NCBI GenBank assembly: GCA_965197645.1
Contig: OZ240219.1
Coordinates: 2,720,001-2,784,000 of the forward strand
Direction of reading: 5' to 3'
Length of the DNA stretch: 64,000 nucleotides
Source: Dehalococcoidia bacterium
GTDB lineage: Bacteria > Chloroflexota > Dehalococcoidia > Plut-88900
Position 1 is the stretch's first letter. Each line of letters starts with the position of its first letter. A program made the translations under genes and the position numbers. Below the pieces are notes generated by a model that saw nothing but the letters and a program-made list of their open reading frames with translations, had not been told where the DNA came from and did not search any database. Shown here piece after piece: positions 1 to 9,606 of this stretch.

Positions 1-387
1 CCTACCGGCAAGCAACGCCTTGCCTCTCTCCGCCAACCGCCTCTGCCGCTCTACCAACGCCGTCCGCACGCCCCCGTGCTTCGACACCAGGGACACTTGA
101 CGGTCGACCTCGGGGCGCTTTATCTCTTCGGTTACGTCCCGATCGTTAACGGTGACTCTTTCCGTCCCCGACTGAGAAAATTCTATCGATAGGTCTTCGG
201 CCAGCTTGGTCACGGCTTCGGCATCATGGGGATCGATGCCGCGCTGTATCGCCTCCCAGGTGACCGCCCGGTACATTTTACCGGTATCGATGAAGAGGTA
301 GCCAAGCCGTTCAGCCAGCATCCTACCCACGGTGGTCTTGCCGGAGCCTCCGGGACCGTCTATGGCGACAGCGGATTTGGCGAACAT
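1..387 (-). CDS. cmk: Cytidylate kinase (N-terminal part; runs off the window edge)
   Basis: Not in the ORF track. Manual translation from ATG at 387 gives MFAKSAVAIDGPGGSGKTTVGRMLAERLGYLFIDTGKMYRAVTW, with the CMK P-loop and DTGxMYR motifs. RBS GGGAGGTG lies upstream. Confidence 0.93.
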   Translation of the reverse strand, partial: MFAKSAVAIDGPGGSGKTTVGRMLAERLGYLFIDTGKMYRAVTWEAIQRGIDPHDAEAVTKLAEDLSIEFSQSGTERVTVNDRDVTEEIKRPEVDRQVSLVSKHGGVRTALVERQRRLAERGKALLAGR

Positions 388-420
388 CACCTCCCCTTCG
401 AGTCCAGAAAGCGAGGGGTA

Positions 421-1488
421 TTATACCCCATCAGGTGAGGAGGTTGGGAAAAGGACCACGTGGGTCAGGGTGGACGGGGTCGCCTTCACTCTGGCGCCCA
501 CTTCGAAGACGGCGGTTGAGGGCTGAATGCTCTTCACCATGGTTCCGGAAGCCAACCGGATAGTGTAGAGGTTTTGCGATCCCTGGAACTCTCTAATCAC
601 CACGGTGGAGTCCTCGCTGTCGTCGCGGGTAAGCTGGACGTCGTCGGGACGTACCATGAGTACGGTTTGGGAGGCGGTGTGGTTGCCGGTGTAGGGCAAC
701 CGGCCCATCTCGGTGACCACGTATCCATCCTGCATATAGGCCGGAATGAAACTGGCGTGGCCGACGAAGGCCGCCACGAAGGACGTTGTCGGACGGTGGT
801 ACACCTCTTCGGGCGTTCCGATCTGCTCCACCCTGCCTCGGTTCATTACAGCTATAGTGTCGGCGAAAGAGAGGGCTTCTTGCTGGTCGTGGGTCACCAG
901 GATGGCGGTGGCGCCCTCACGTCGAAGAATAGTGTGGACCTCATGACGCATCTGGGCCCTCATATCCGCATCCAGGTTGCTGAAAGGCTCGTCCATTAGC
1001 ACCACCACCGGATTGGGGGCAAGGGCCCTGCCCAGCGCCACTCTCTGCTGCTGGCCGCCGGATAGCTGGTGAGGGTAGCGGTCGGCCATTTCCGACATGC
1101 CGATCAATTCCAGGGTCTCCTTGATTCGCTTCTCTCGAGAATCCCTGTTCATTCCTCGCAGCCCAAATCCTACGTTCTTTGCCACGTTGAGATGAGGGAA
1201 CAAAGCGTAGTCCTGGAACACCATGCCCACGCCTCTCTTCTCCGGCGAGACCATGCGCCCTCCACCCGAGACCCTTTCTCCGCGTAGGAGCACTTCGCCC
1301 TCGTCCGGTCTCTCGAACCCGGCGATCAACCTGAGCGTCGTAGTCTTGCCGCAGCCGCTGGGACCCAGCACAGCCATGATCTCACCGTAGGAGAGGCTGA
1401 AGCTGACCCCCTCCACGGCGGGCGACGCGTTGCCCGGGTAACGCTTGGTCGCCTCGTCCAGCTCCACTACTGCGCTTGTGTTTCCCAC
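421..1488 (-). CDS. Fe3+ ABC transporter ATP-binding subunit (FbpC/PotA-like)
   Basis: Walker A GPSGCGKTT, VFQDYALFPH, LSGGQQQR, MDEPFS, VTHD, and a C-terminal TOBE-like region. Directly downstream of the iron permease. Confidence 0.92.
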   Translation of the reverse strand: MGNTSAVVELDEATKRYPGNASPAVEGVSFSLSYGEIMAVLGPSGCGKTTTLRLIAGFERPDEGEVLLRGERVSGGGRMVSPEKRGVGMVFQDYALFPHLNVAKNVGFGLRGMNRDSREKRIKETLELIGMSEMADRYPHQLSGGQQQRVALGRALAPNPVVVLMDEPFSNLDADMRAQMRHEVHTILRREGATAILVTHDQQEALSFADTIAVMNRGRVEQIGTPEEVYHRPTTSFVAAFVGHASFIPAYMQDGYVVTEMGRLPYTGNHTASQTVLMVRPDDVQLTRDDSEDSTVVIREFQGSQNLYTIRLASGTMVKSIQPSTAVFEVGARVKATPSTLTHVVLFPTSSPDGV

Positions 1489-1561
1489 CTGTTTACCGTC
1501 CGACGCTTCAAACTTGTGTGCGTTTCGTCTACACCTAAGAGGGAGACGTCAAAATACCGGC

Positions 1562-3241
1562 CTAGACTCGCAAGGGAACTTTGTTTAACACCCGGCCGGC
1601 CCCGACGTCCTGTCGGGCGCCTTGAGAGATGAGAATCGCCATGGGGCCCGAGGCCAGGAGCACTAGTAGGAGAGCGGGAAAAGCGGCTCCAGCGAAGAAG
1701 GCTGCCTCGGTGGACCCCCAAATCGAGGTGGCCAGTGTGCTGAAACCGATGGGGCTGAGGATGAGAGTGGCCGGCAACTCCTTCATTGTAGTAAGGAACA
1801 CCAGGGCGGACCCGGCCAGGACGCCACTCCGGATGAGAGGCAGCGTCACGCTGGCGAACACCCTCCAGGGAGAGAGCCCCAGTCCTCGGGCAGCCTCCTC
1901 CACTCGAGGGTTGACCTGGAGCAGGGAAGCCCGGACGGACCCCAGGGCCGTAGGCAAGAACAGGACTACGTATGCAAAGAGCAGCAGAGCGGTGGTCTGA
2001 TACAGCGGTCCGACATAGTTGGCCCCAAAGAAAACCAGGGCCAGGGCCACAACTATCCCGGGTAGGGCGAACCCCATGTAGCTTGTCCGCTCGATGATAG
2101 AGGCGAACCTGGAGGGGTATCTGACGCTCAGGACGGAGACGGGAATAGCGGCCAGGAGGCACGCTCCCGCCGCCAATGCAGAAACGTACAACGAATTGGC
2201 AGCGTCACCCCAGTAGGCGCCCAGGCTTTGCCCTGCCTGTAACCCTCGCACGACCCAGTAGGTGAGCACGGCGATGGGCGCCCCAAGGCTCAGAAACACG
2301 ATAGCGCCACAGAAGCTTACGGCAGGCCATCGCCACCGTCCCAAGGCTACGGCCTTGGCGGGCCGGCCACCGCCGGATGCCCCGGTGAAGTATTTGTGTC
2401 TACTCCTGGTTCCCGCTTCTCCAACCAGTATGGCCAGGGCGAGGGCCACAAGCACCAGGGAAAGTCCGGCGGAAACTCCCCGGTCGAAGAGGGACTCGTA
2501 TTGGACGTAGATGGCCCAGGTAAAGGTCTCGTAGTCAAGGATGGATACGGCGCCGAAATCGCTTAACGTGTAAAGCGCCACCAGCAGCGATCCGGCAGCC
2601 ACCGGGGGCCGAAGATGGGGCCAGGTCACTCGCCTGAACACCTGCCAGGGGCCGTAACCTAGCGCCCTAGCCGTCTCCTCCATGCCCGGGTCCAACTCGC
2701 GCATGGTGGCTCTGACGGGAAGCAGCACATAGGGGAAGCTCAGGATGGTCAAGGTGAAGGTAGCGCCCCAGAAGCCCCGTATGTCGGGCAGGCTCTCAAT
2801 GCCGAGCAGGGGCTCCAGCCAGCCCTGGACCAGTCCCCTGGGCGCCAGCGCGGCTATCACAACAAACGCGCCTATGTAGCTGGGTATCACCAGGGGTAGG
2901 GCGGTGCCTATGGACCAGAGGCTCCGGCAGGGGATATCCGTACGGGACGTCAGCCAGGCCAGCGGCACGGCCAGAGCGATGGAGGCGCCCGTGACCGATA
3001 CCACCAGCAGGACCGATCGGCCGAGAATGGCCCCTGTCCGAGACCTGAAGAGGATGTCCCACAGACTATCGTCGGCGCCGAAGGCCCGGATAGCCAGGTA
3101 GGCCAGCGGCAGGACCATCGCTCCGGCTACCGCTAGGGCAGGAAGCCACACCACCGCAGGGGGACGGTTCCAGGCCGTCTCCAGTATCCCGGCCTGCAGC
3201 CGGTTGAGCGGACTAAAGGATGGGTAACTTAGGCTGGCCAA
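1562..3241 (-). CDS. Fe3+ ABC transporter permease (FbpB/FutB-like)
   Basis: About 12 TM segments, two EAA loops (EETARALG, EEAARGLG), and SDFGAV and MKELPATL motifs. Confidence 0.92.
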   Translation of the reverse strand: MASLSYPSFSPLNRLQAGILETAWNRPPAVVWLPALAVAGAMVLPLAYLAIRAFGADDSLWDILFRSRTGAILGRSVLLVVSVTGASIALAVPLAWLTSRTDIPCRSLWSIGTALPLVIPSYIGAFVVIAALAPRGLVQGWLEPLLGIESLPDIRGFWGATFTLTILSFPYVLLPVRATMRELDPGMEETARALGYGPWQVFRRVTWPHLRPPVAAGSLLVALYTLSDFGAVSILDYETFTWAIYVQYESLFDRGVSAGLSLVLVALALAILVGEAGTRSRHKYFTGASGGGRPAKAVALGRWRWPAVSFCGAIVFLSLGAPIAVLTYWVVRGLQAGQSLGAYWGDAANSLYVSALAAGACLLAAIPVSVLSVRYPSRFASIIERTSYMGFALPGIVVALALVFFGANYVGPLYQTTALLLFAYVVLFLPTALGSVRASLLQVNPRVEEAARGLGLSPWRVFASVTLPLIRSGVLAGSALVFLTTMKELPATLILSPIGFSTLATSIWGSTEAAFFAGAAFPALLLVLLASGPMAILISQGARQDVGAGRVLNKVPLRV

Positions 3242-3253
3242 GTCGGGGCCTCG

Positions 3254-3445
3254 CTAGGGTAGTACGCCCGTTTCTCTTCGAGGGCTAGCTTCGCCACCAG
3301 GCTCCAAATCTGGGACAGGTCGACGTCGGGGTACTGGATGGCGGGCAAAGGGATGTACATGGAAGCCGCTTTGGCCCTTCCTACCTGTAGGAGCCACCGG
3401 AAGCTGTACCGGTGACAACGCTGCCAACCCCATCAACATCTTCAT
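3254..3445 (-). pseudogene. Remnant of the Fe3+ ABC substrate-binding protein gene (FbpA/FutA-like)
   Basis: Two minus-strand frames joined by a frameshift read IPLPAIQYPDVDLSQI...LAL / RETGVLP*, resembling FutA/FbpA C-termini. A signal-peptide-like start MKMLMGLAALS precedes them. The remnant sits where fbpA belongs. Confidence 0.6.
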
Positions 3446-3572
3446 TAGTCTCACCAGGTGGCTGCCGACCACTCGGGTACCGGGCCGGCGATACCGAGCC
3501 GGTCATGTGCTATAATTGGGCAACCGAAGACAAGCCAACCCCTACGACGTTAGCGTAATAGTAAAGCCGGGG

Positions 3573-3652
3573 TTAGTGTAGACTAATCTCCATATTTGTC
3601 AAGCGTAAATCCCAGTGTTTGCATCGATTATCGGACAATTAGCCAGTACTAA
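3573..3652. promoter_or_regulatory. Two DtxR/MntR-type operator boxes (TTAG-N6-CTAA)
   Basis: TTAGTGTAGACTAA at 3573-3586 and TTAGCCAGTACTAA at 3639-3652, between the divergent iron operon and a DtxR-family gene. The first box overlaps a minus-strand TTGACA-N16-TACACT promoter. Confidence 0.7.
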
Positions 3653-3694
3653 TGGCTCACACCACCAGCGAGAGCGATCAACGGTAAACTCAGT

Positions 3695-4378
3695 ATGTCA
3701 AAGATAGCCAAGCCCAGTTCCATCGCCGCAGAGGACTATCTCACCACCATATTCCGCAAGGCGGAAGAGGGACAACCGATCATCTCCGCCCGGTTGGCCG
3801 AGGCGTTGGACGTTTCGCCTGCCACCGCCTTCGGAATGCTGAAGAGGATGGACCGGGACGGGCTGGTGCAGATATCCCCATCCAAGGAGATTGCGCTGAC
3901 GCCCTATGGCAACAAGATAGCAGAGGACGTGATCCGGCGGCACCGCCTGGCGGAAAGGCTCTTGACCGACGTACTGGAGCTGGAGTGGCATAGCGCCTAT
4001 GCTGAGGCCCATCTGCTGGAGCACGGTATATCCACGCAAGTGGCCGATAAGATGGTGGGCATCTTGAACAATCCCACCACCTGTCCTCACGGCTACCCGA
4101 TCCCCGGCTCTAACGGATACTCCTCCAAGCAGCATCTGCGGTCCCACCTCAAGTCGTTGGACCAGGTGTCGGAGGGCAGCACCGTGGTAGTACGAAGGGT
4201 GCCGGAGGAGGACTCGGACCTGCTGAAGTACCTGAGCCTGTACCGCGTCCGACCGGGGGCCGAGCTGCATATAACCGAGGTGGCCGACTTCAAGGGCACC
4301 ATCACCATCAATGTCAACGATGACGAGCTGGTTATCAGTTCGGATACGGCGACCAAGATAGTGGTGAAGCCCGCCTAG
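3695..4378 (+). CDS. DtxR/MntR/IdeR-family metal-dependent repressor with C-terminal FeoA domain
   Basis: EDYL..I, HTH, RRHRLAERLL, EAHLLEH, PTTCPHGYPIP. Confidence 0.95.
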   Translation: MSKIAKPSSIAAEDYLTTIFRKAEEGQPIISARLAEALDVSPATAFGMLKRMDRDGLVQISPSKEIALTPYGNKIAEDVIRRHRLAERLLTDVLELEWHSAYAEAHLLEHGISTQVADKMVGILNNPTTCPHGYPIPGSNGYSSKQHLRSHLKSLDQVSEGSTVVVRRVPEEDSDLLKYLSLYRVRPGAELHITEVADFKGTITINVNDDELVISSDTATKIVVKPA

Positions 4379-4471
4379 CTTATCTACCGGGCAACCAAAC
4401 CCGGCCCGATTACTCCGACCGCGCTGCATGGGTCGGGGTGCTGCGAAGAACCCTTTCGCCAAACCTAGTAA

Positions 4472-6064
4472 GTGACCAAACTAACCTTCTACGGCGGGGT
4501 CAACCAGATAGGAGGAAACAAGATCCTCCTGGAGGATGGTGACGCCCGCCTGTTCCTCGACTTCGGGACCTCCTTCGATGAGCGCGGCCAGTACTACGAG
4601 GAGTTCCTCAATCCCAGGGTTGCTTTCGGGTTACTGGACCCGTTGACGATGGGGATGCTGCCCCCGCTGGAGGGGCTGTACCGGCAGGACCTGGAGCCCG
4701 CGGCCCCCGATCTCTGGGGCCCCTGGCGGGAGGCGCCCAACTACATCGACCTCAGACCCCATGAAGTCCACGGAGTCCTACTCTCCCACGCCCACCTTGA
4801 CCACACCGGATACCTTTCGTTTCTCAGGCCGGAGATTCCGGTTTACGCCAGTGCGTTGACGGCGTTCATGGCCAAGGCGATACAGCACGGTGGTCAGGCC
4901 AATTTCGAGAGCGAAGTCGTCTACACCGTACCCAGGGATTTGAACGAGTCCGGCCTGCTGAAGGCAAGCAACTACCGAACACAGCCGGCCTTACAGCGGC
5001 CCTTCAGGGTATTCCAACACGATCTTCTGAGCGCTGAGGCCCACGCCTTCTGGAGCGAGATGCACGGCACCCGGGCGCTCGAATCCGTGCCGATATCGGG
5101 CGCCGAAAACGTAGGAGGGCTGGAGATCAGGTCCTTTCCCGTAGACCACTCGGTGCCGGGGGCCTCGGCCTATGCGGTCAAGACCTCGGCCGGTTGGATA
5201 GGCTACACCGGCGACCTCCGTTTGCACGGCAGCCAGAAGGCATCTACGCAACAATTTATCAGGGAGATGGCGGCCATGAAGCCCGTCGCCCTGCTGTGCG
5301 AGGGCACCAGGACCGAGAGCGATGTCAACCACACCGAATCCGACGTAGAAGAGCGGTCTTTGAGAGAGGTTCGCAACGCACGAGGCCTCGTGATAGCCGA
5401 CTTCGGGCCGAGGAACGTGGAACGGCTCCTGATCTTCGCCCACATCGCTCAGGCGACCGGAAGAGGGCTGGTTATCCTGCCCAAAGACGCCTACCTTCTG
5501 GACGCCATACACTTGGCCGATCCCTCGACTCCGTCCATTGTCGATCTGGGCAACGTGTACGTATATGAAAAGCCTACCCTCAGCTCGCAGGGCTGGGAGA
5601 AAGAGGTCAGGGAGAGGCACTCGACACGTCTGATCGGCCCGGAGGATATTCATCGCCACCAAGACCAGCACATCCTCTGCTTCAGCTTCTTCGATCTGAA
5701 CGATCTGCCCAGCATCCGGCCCCGCCCCGGCAGCCTGTACCTCTACTCCTCCCACGAGGCCTTCAACGAGGAGCTCCAGCTGGACTTTCAACGGCTGCGG
5801 AACTGGATCAACCACTTCGAAATGAACGCCGTCGGACTGCCGCTGAGAGAGCTGGGGTGGCAATCGCCGCCTGAGGAACAGGACCTTCACGCATCGGGCC
5901 ACGCGAGCCCGGAAGACCTGTTGACGGTGGCCCGGGAGATCGCCCCCGAGACGCTGGTGCCCATACACACCCAGCACCCAGAGTTCTTTGTAGAGGGACT
6001 CGCGAACACCGATATCAACGTCAGCATCCTTCCTCACAAAGGGGCCTCCATCACCTTCAGGTAA
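4472..6064 (+). CDS. Metallo-beta-lactamase/beta-CASP nuclease (RNase J-like)
   Basis: GGVNQIGGN, LDFG, SHAHLDH, VDHS, YTGDLR, CEGT, HASGHA, LVPIHT. Confidence 0.88.
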   Translation: MTKLTFYGGVNQIGGNKILLEDGDARLFLDFGTSFDERGQYYEEFLNPRVAFGLLDPLTMGMLPPLEGLYRQDLEPAAPDLWGPWREAPNYIDLRPHEVHGVLLSHAHLDHTGYLSFLRPEIPVYASALTAFMAKAIQHGGQANFESEVVYTVPRDLNESGLLKASNYRTQPALQRPFRVFQHDLLSAEAHAFWSEMHGTRALESVPISGAENVGGLEIRSFPVDHSVPGASAYAVKTSAGWIGYTGDLRLHGSQKASTQQFIREMAAMKPVALLCEGTRTESDVNHTESDVEERSLREVRNARGLVIADFGPRNVERLLIFAHIAQATGRGLVILPKDAYLLDAIHLADPSTPSIVDLGNVYVYEKPTLSSQGWEKEVRERHSTRLIGPEDIHRHQDQHILCFSFFDLNDLPSIRPRPGSLYLYSSHEAFNEELQLDFQRLRNWINHFEMNAVGLPLRELGWQSPPEEQDLHASGHASPEDLLTVAREIAPETLVPIHTQHPEFFVEGLANTDINVSILPHKGASITFR

Positions 6065-6070
6065 GCGAAA

Positions 6071-8644
6071 TTGATCCCTTCTACCCTCAGCCTGAAAAAC
6101 TTCATGTGCTACCGGCGGACAGATCCTCCCCTGTCCTTCGATGGCATCCAGACGGCCTGCATCTGCGGCGACAACGGCCACGGCAAATCGGCCCTGCTGG
6201 ACGCCATCACGTGGGCGCTGTGGGGCAGGGCCCGGACCCGCAGCGCCGACCAGCTGGTCCACCTGGGCGAATCGGACATGGAGGCCGAGCTGGAGTTCAC
6301 CTCCAGCAGTGATCGCTACCGGGTGATTCGTAAGCACACCCTGGGCAGGCCGGGCAGAGCGGGACAGACCGTGCTGGAGCTCCACGCCGCGTCCGACCCC
6401 GAGGGTTCAACCTATCGACCCATTACGGCCAACACCGTTCGGGAGACGCAGAAGCGGATCATCGATCTACTGCGCATGGACTACGATACATTCGTGAACA
6501 GCGCCTTCCTCCGCCAGGGCCGCGCCGACGAGTTCACAGTGCGTACCGCCAAGGAGCGCAAGCAGGTGCTCAGCGAGATACTGGGCTTATCCCTCTACGA
6601 CGATCTGGAGGCCAACGCCAGGAAAAAGGCCCGGGCGCAGGAAATGGAGGCGAGCATCCTGGAGCGGGACATCGAAGCGATAGACGTGGACCTGGAGCAC
6701 AAGTCCGAGTACGAGGCCCAACGGTCTCAAGCGGAGATTCAGGCGGAAAAGATCGATAGGGAAGAGGCCTCCCAGAGGGGCCAACTCCAGCAGTTGGGTC
6801 TTCGCCGAAACCTGTTGCAGGCAAAAGAGGACGAGCTCGACCATCTGCAGCGAAGGCTCGGCCAGCGCACCGCGGACCTGGAACTGACCAGGTCCGACAT
6901 CCACCGCACCCGGAGTAAGCTTCAAGCGCACAGCGAGGTGCTGTCCAGACGGGACTCTATCGAGGAGGGTTACTCCCAGTATCGAGAGTCGCTGCAGAGA
7001 AAGGAAGGGCTGGACCGCAAGCTGGCCGCGTCCACCCTGCTAATCGAGCGGCGGGGCCGGCTGGACAAGCAGATCGCCGACCATCGAGCGGAGGTACTGG
7101 CCAGAAGGGAGCGGCTCCAGACCCAGTTGGAGCAGCTCCAGGACAGGGTCAACGGCCTTCCGTCGTGGGAAGAGGAGCTGGTGGACCTCGCATTGAAGAT
7201 CTCAAACTTCAACGAGCTGGATGCCGAGATCCGGCATGATCGCGATCGAGCACAGGGGCTATCGGCTCAGGCCCACCACCTCAAGACCCTCAATGCCCAG
7301 CTCAGGAACGAGATGAACGAACTGAAGGACAAGGTGGAGATGCTGACCGATGGAGAGACCCAGTGCCCGCTATGCGGGGGCACCCTGGGCGAAGAGGGTA
7401 TCGATCACATCCGACAGTCCTATCAGCAGCAGGGTGAGGAGAAGAGGGACAAATATCGGGAAAACGAAAAGTCCGCCGAGACCATGGGCACGGAACAGGC
7501 CCGGCTGGAAAAGGAGCTGCGGACTAGGGAGGCGTCCCTCAACAAAGACAGGACCAGCGCCCAGGGCAGGGTCTCCGTGTTGGAGCGAGACGTGGAGCAA
7601 GCGAAGAGCGCCCGTGAAGGCATGGAGTCCACGGCCGAAGAGCTGAAGCTGGTTCAAGAACGGGTCTCCCAAGGAAGCTTCGCCGCCGACCTTCAACAGG
7701 AGCTGTCCGAAGTCCAGTCGGAAATAGGGGACCTGAGCTACAGCGCCGAGGCTCATCAGGAAGAAAACGGACGCCTGGTAGCCCTCAAATCGTTCGAGGA
7801 GCAACACCGGAACCTGCAGGAGGCGCAGGAGCGATTGCCGGAGCTGGAGGAATCGGTGAAGCGCCTGCAGGGGAGGGAGGAATCGCTGACCGCAGAGATG
7901 GAGCAGGACTCCCAGAGAAAGGATTCCATCTCCGCCGAGCTCCAGGGACTTCCCCAGCTTCTCAATGAGCTGGACTCTGTATCCCGTATACACGAGGGGC
8001 TGCTGGCCGACCAGCGACGATGGCGGGAGACTCTGGCCACCCTGCGCGAGAAGCTGAGAAGGATCGAGCAGCTGGAATCTAATCGAAAGGCCAAAGAGTC
8101 GGAGCTCAAGCAAGCCGCCCACCAAAGAGGCATCTTCGAGGAGCTGGCCCACGCCTTCGGCAAAAGCGGTGTCCAAGCCCTCATCATCGAGACGGTGCTC
8201 CCGGAGCTGGAGGATGAAGCAAACCGTCTGCTGGGCCAGATGACCGATAACCGGATGCACGTAAAGATGGAGACCCAGCGGGAGAAGAAGACGGGCGGCG
8301 CCCAGGAAACGCTGGATATCAACATCTCCGACGAGCTGGGCACCCGACCTTACGAGCTGTACAGCGGCGGGGAGGCCTTTCGGATCAACCTCGCGCTGCG
8401 GATAGCCCTTTCCAAGCTGCTGGCCCACAGGGCCGGCGCGCCTCTACCCATCCTCTTCATGGACGAGGGATTCGGCACCCAGGACGGTCCCGGCCGGGAA
8501 AAGCTGCTGGAAACGATCAACGCCATACAGCCCGACTTTGAAAAGATTATAGTGATAACCCACATCGACGAGATGAAGGAGGCCTTCCCCACCCGCATCC
8601 AAGTGACCAAAGGCCCGGAGGGCTCTACCTTCTCCGTAAACTAA
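6071..8644 (+). CDS. sbcC: SbcC/Rad50-like SMC-family ATPase
   Basis: LKNFMCY, Walker A GDNGHGKS, long coiled coil with CPLCG zinc hook, YSGGE signature, FMDEGFG, VITH. Confidence 0.9.
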   Translation: MIPSTLSLKNFMCYRRTDPPLSFDGIQTACICGDNGHGKSALLDAITWALWGRARTRSADQLVHLGESDMEAELEFTSSSDRYRVIRKHTLGRPGRAGQTVLELHAASDPEGSTYRPITANTVRETQKRIIDLLRMDYDTFVNSAFLRQGRADEFTVRTAKERKQVLSEILGLSLYDDLEANARKKARAQEMEASILERDIEAIDVDLEHKSEYEAQRSQAEIQAEKIDREEASQRGQLQQLGLRRNLLQAKEDELDHLQRRLGQRTADLELTRSDIHRTRSKLQAHSEVLSRRDSIEEGYSQYRESLQRKEGLDRKLAASTLLIERRGRLDKQIADHRAEVLARRERLQTQLEQLQDRVNGLPSWEEELVDLALKISNFNELDAEIRHDRDRAQGLSAQAHHLKTLNAQLRNEMNELKDKVEMLTDGETQCPLCGGTLGEEGIDHIRQSYQQQGEEKRDKYRENEKSAETMGTEQARLEKELRTREASLNKDRTSAQGRVSVLERDVEQAKSAREGMESTAEELKLVQERVSQGSFAADLQQELSEVQSEIGDLSYSAEAHQEENGRLVALKSFEEQHRNLQEAQERLPELEESVKRLQGREESLTAEMEQDSQRKDSISAELQGLPQLLNELDSVSRIHEGLLADQRRWRETLATLREKLRRIEQLESNRKAKESELKQAAHQRGIFEELAHAFGKSGVQALIIETVLPELEDEANRLLGQMTDNRMHVKMETQREKKTGGAQETLDINISDELGTRPYELYSGGEAFRINLALRIALSKLLAHRAGAPLPILFMDEGFGTQDGPGREKLLETINAIQPDFEKIIVITHIDEMKEAFPTRIQVTKGPEGSTFSVN

Positions 8645-8700
8645 CCCAGCCGCGATTTCATACAACACCTCTCGCCTTCGTGATATCCTAACCACCGAAA

Positions 8701-9606
8701 ATGAGGCCCAGGCAGCTTATCCAGACGCGCGCCCTCACCAAGCTCTATGGTGAGACCATCGGAATCGACTCCCTATACCTGGACGTGGCCGAAGGCGAGA
8801 CCTTCGGTCTCTTCGGTTACGATGGGGCCGGCAAAACAACGATTATTAGCCTGCTGCTCGGACTGATTCAACCGACCTACGGCGAAGCGGACGTGCTGGG
8901 GTTCGATACCCTTAAAGACTCCTACCTGATCCGGTCGCACTCAGGCTGCATACCCGGTAACTTCAACTTCTACGGTGGCCTTACCGGCGAGGACTTCCTG
9001 AATATGTGCGCCAAGACGCGCAATAAAGGGTCCGAGCGAAGGACGGAGCTGGTGGAAAGGCTGGGCGTGGATACGTCCACTCACTTCGACGCATACGCCA
9101 TCGGCGACAAGCAGAAGCTGGCCCTCGTCCAGGCGCTTATGCACGATCCTCCCCTGCTGATTCTGGACAACCCGTTGGGCGGTCTTGATCATCCGTCCAG
9201 AGAGGCCTTCACCGAGATCTTGATGGAGGAGCGCGATCGGGGGAAAACGATACTTCTATCGACGAACTCCCCCGCTGAGATCGTCCGTCTGTGCGATAGG
9301 GTCGGCCTTCTTCGGGAGGGAGAGTTGATAGAGGCAAAGGCCATGGACGAACTCAAGGACCTCCTGGGCCGGCGAGTACGCATTACATTCCGAGAAAAGG
9401 TGGACCTGGAAGACATCATAACCGAGGACGTCCGCTTCGTGAGCCATGACGGCCTAGAGTGGGTGCTGGCGGTGCGTCGGGAGATGGGCAGCCTGATAAG
9501 ACGTATAGGCCAGCGCCGGGTGGCAGACGTGGTATACCTCGACGATGCCGTAGAGCAGGCTCTAATCGAGATGCTTAAAGGGGAGCCCCAGCCGATGCTG
9601 CTATGA
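8701..9606 (+). CDS. ABC-2-type transporter ATP-binding protein (degenerate catalytic motifs)
   Basis: Walker A GYDGAGKTT. The signature reads YAIGD, Walker B reads LILDNP and the H-loop reads STN. Overlaps an ABC-2 permease. Confidence 0.85.
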   Translation: MRPRQLIQTRALTKLYGETIGIDSLYLDVAEGETFGLFGYDGAGKTTIISLLLGLIQPTYGEADVLGFDTLKDSYLIRSHSGCIPGNFNFYGGLTGEDFLNMCAKTRNKGSERRTELVERLGVDTSTHFDAYAIGDKQKLALVQALMHDPPLLILDNPLGGLDHPSREAFTEILMEERDRGKTILLSTNSPAEIVRLCDRVGLLREGELIEAKAMDELKDLLGRRVRITFREKVDLEDIITEDVRFVSHDGLEWVLAVRREMGSLIRRIGQRRVADVVYLDDAVEQALIEMLKGEPQPMLL

